Made by a program: the position numbers and the translations under genes
Notes under the pieces: model-generated
Seen by the model: only the letters and a program-made list of their open reading frames with translations
Database searches by the model: none
What the model was told of the DNA's origin: nothing
Assembly: GCA_947311255.1 (NCBI GenBank)
Contig: CAMZKL010000031.1
Location: 28,024 to 92,023 of the forward strand
DNA length: 64,000 nt
Direction of reading: 5' to 3'
Source: an uncultured Chlorobiota bacterium
GTDB lineage: Bacteria > Bacteroidota > Bacteroidia > Bacteroidales > JAADGE01
Shown here: one piece after another, positions 61,839-64,000 of the stretch
Layout of the letters: each line of letters opens with the position of its first letter
How positions within the stretch are numbered: position 1 is the first letter of the stretch

Positions 61839-62912
61839 ATGAAAAAAATATTCTTATTTATTTTAACTATATTTCTTGCATACATAACTGCTTTTTATAC
61901 AACAGGTAAAAAAAATGGTTATACAGAAATGTTTGATTCCGACATAACAGAAAAAATTTCTAAATTATTTTATTTTGAAGATGAAATTACAGTTTCAAAA
62001 ACCGATTTTCTTAGTGAAGGAAAAAGACATCTTGAAAACAAAGAATATTCTTCTGCACTTAATGATTTTGCAATTGCTTCTGCTGAAAATAATTCAAGCG
62101 AAGTAAACTATCTTTTAGGGCATACTTATTTATTGTTAGAAGACTATTCAAGTTCAGAAATTTACCTTAATGACGCAATAAGATTAAATGCTGAAAATAT
62201 TAAAGCATATATTGACAGAGGCTATGCTAAATATATGCAATCAAAAAATAATGATGCAATTAATGATCTTTTCTTTGCAACTGAAATAGACCCTACTAAT
62301 CCTAAAGCATATTATTACCTTTCTTTATGTTATGAACAAGCCGGAAAACTTGAAGTTGCATTGCAATCTGTCGAAACAGCATTAAAATATGATAAAAACT
62401 ATGTAGATGCAAGATTTAAAGCAGGATATATAGCTTATGACATAGATAATTTTAGCTTGTCGGTAAATCATTATCTTAAATTATTAAAAACTGACAGTTT
62501 ACACAAATTTGGCACAATTAATTTAGGATTAGCATATAGCCAAATAGGAAAAGATGATTCTGCAATGTTTTATTATGATAAAGTTATTGAAAATTACCCT
62601 AAATATTATTTAGCCTACAATAATAAAGGATACATTTATCAAAAAAGAAACCAATACCAAAAGGCAATAGAATTTTACAATTTAGCTTACCAACTTAAGC
62701 CTTCAGATACTTATTCCTTATGGAACAGAGGAGATTGTTTTTTTGAATTAAAAGAATATCAAAAAGCTATAAATGATTATAAAAAGGTTTATGAACTTAA
62801 AAGTGATTATTACAATGTTTTAAATAGTATTGGAGATTGCTACGAGAAACTAAATATGAAATCAAAAGCATTAGAATATTATTCTAAATTTAAAGAAGCA
62901 TCGGGTTCTTAA
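61839..62912 (+). CDS. tetratricopeptide-repeat protein
   Basis: N-terminal anchor followed by multiple 34-aa TPR units (A..Y..A...P....AYYNLG-like). Confidence 0.75.
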   Translation: MKKIFLFILTIFLAYITAFYTTGKKNGYTEMFDSDITEKISKLFYFEDEITVSKTDFLSEGKRHLENKEYSSALNDFAIASAENNSSEVNYLLGHTYLLLEDYSSSEIYLNDAIRLNAENIKAYIDRGYAKYMQSKNNDAINDLFFATEIDPTNPKAYYYLSLCYEQAGKLEVALQSVETALKYDKNYVDARFKAGYIAYDIDNFSLSVNHYLKLLKTDSLHKFGTINLGLAYSQIGKDDSAMFYYDKVIENYPKYYLAYNNKGYIYQKRNQYQKAIEFYNLAYQLKPSDTYSLWNRGDCFFELKEYQKAINDYKKVYELKSDYYNVLNSIGDCYEKLNMKSKALEYYSKFKEASGS

Positions 62913-62927
62913 AATAAATTATTTTTG

Positions 62928-62935
62928 TATATTTG
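62928..62935 (+). promoter_or_regulatory. candidate -7 box (TATATTTG)
   Basis: Matches TAnnTTTG, 99 nt upstream of the ATG at 63034. Confidence 0.3.
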
Positions 62936-63033
62936 TGCAAATGTATGGGATGTAATATCTTATAAATAATTATCTTGAAAAACTACTGAAAAAAAACTTT
63001 TATATCTTTAAAAAACTATTTAAGACGATTATT

Positions 63034-63822
63034 ATGAAAAAACGTTTTGTTCTTGTTTCAGTGGTGTTTTTATTGATTTCTGCAAGTTTAAAAGTTACAA
63101 CAGAAACAAATCCTAAAAAAATAAAGAAAATTATTGAATTTTTTTTTCTTCCAAATGAGTATATGAGTATAAATATCTTTGAGTTTCATTATACTGAAAA
63201 TCAAATAGATTCTGTAATATACAATACCAGAAAACTTGAAGAAAAATTTAATTTAAAATATAAAAAAACAAAAAATATTTCAGAAGTTTTTTCGTATTTT
63301 CCTTTAAAAGATACAACTTTTAAAAAATACCAATACGAATATGATAGTTTAGGAAGAATACTAAAATTTCAGAAGTATGAAAATAATAAAGTAATTAAAA
63401 AAGATAGTTTTATTTACAATAATTCTTCCAAATTACTTAAAAAATTTTCTACAAGTTATTTTTTGTGGTATGATTCTGCAAAACATTATATTGAAGATTT
63501 TTATGTTACTGAAAAAGGCAATATAGACTCATCAAAACAATACTTTATTTTGAATGATACAACACAAATTTTAATTTTAAAAAGTTATTTCAAATTTGAT
63601 GATAAAATAAATCCTTTTAATAGAATGGCTTTTCAAGATATCAGCAATGATTATTTTAATGCAAATAATATGATAGATGAATATACAATAAATCAAACTG
63701 CTGATATTATGGATTCTGCTTTTTATAAATTTGAATATGGAGAAGATAATTATCCTGTGAGAAAAAGATATAGGAATTATCAAATCTCTAAAAAACCAAT
63801 TACATACAAATTTGTTTACTAG
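63034..63822 (+). CDS. hypothetical secreted protein
   Basis: Signal-peptide-like N-terminus. No recognisable motif. Confidence 0.5.
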   Translation: MKKRFVLVSVVFLLISASLKVTTETNPKKIKKIIEFFFLPNEYMSINIFEFHYTENQIDSVIYNTRKLEEKFNLKYKKTKNISEVFSYFPLKDTTFKKYQYEYDSLGRILKFQKYENNKVIKKDSFIYNNSSKLLKKFSTSYFLWYDSAKHYIEDFYVTEKGNIDSSKQYFILNDTTQILILKSYFKFDDKINPFNRMAFQDISNDYFNANNMIDEYTINQTADIMDSAFYKFEYGEDNYPVRKRYRNYQISKKPITYKFVY

Positions 63823-63865
63823 TAAGCTGGTGGTTTTAACTGTTTTTTTTAAATAACATACTACA

Positions 63866-64000
63866 ATGGAAAAACAAGAACGAATAAGTGACGAAGATTT
63901 TATAAATAGATATACTGAACGAAAAAAGCATATTGTCAGAAGTGATAAATATGTAAAAAACAATGAAAAAAAAATAAAATCCGGATTTGGATATTGGATT
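63866..64000 (+). CDS. hypothetical protein, 5' fragment running off the window
   Basis: The ATG at 63866 is open for 45 codons to the window end (MEKQERISDEDFINRY...). Confidence 0.3.
   Translation, partial: MEKQERISDEDFINRYTERKKHIVRSDKYVKNNEKKIKSGFGYWI

Overview
This is an AT-rich Bacteroidota-type chromosomal segment. Lineage cues are a T9SS C-terminal sorting domain, DUF1573 and DUF3078 proteins, a fused SecDF, many TAnnTTTG -7 promoter boxes and no obvious Shine-Dalgarno sequences. All product calls come from reading the supplied translations, or my own, and recognising family motifs; no database search was run.

Layout:
- 0-41 kb is mostly housekeeping and envelope genes: eno, mazG, trpB, mscL, two tandem OmpA/thrombospondin-repeat paralogs, a CDF transporter, lgt, mnmA, tatA, secDF, proS, a di-haem cytochrome c peroxidase, MscS and tgt.
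- 41.0-58.1 kb is the complete str-S10-spc-alpha ribosomal cluster, rpsL through rplQ. It includes rpmJ, which is absent from the ORF track.
- 58-64 kb holds a T9SS cargo protein, a nitroreductase, RidA, an EamA transporter, a TPR protein and hypotheticals.
- I found no rRNA, tRNA or CRISPR array.

I did not find convincing evidence of a large novel multi-gene system. The observations most worth follow-up are:
1. A 136-bp MITE-like insertion with 13-bp terminal inverted repeats and a 6-bp target duplication. It precisely splits a hybrid sensor kinase, and removing it restores the reading frame.
2. A 22-codon leader ORF with tandem Trp codons plus an intrinsic terminator upstream of an orphan trpB.
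3. An approximately 1-kb ORF-free region upstream of proS that contains a 20-bp-stem inverted repeat. Its mismatch pattern favours folding of the minus-strand transcript.
4. A three-gene operon of unknown function (DUF1858/2xDUF2249, a His-bearing polytopic membrane protein, DUF59) preceded by an 18-bp palindrome.
5. A compact, translationally coupled type II restriction-modification pair.
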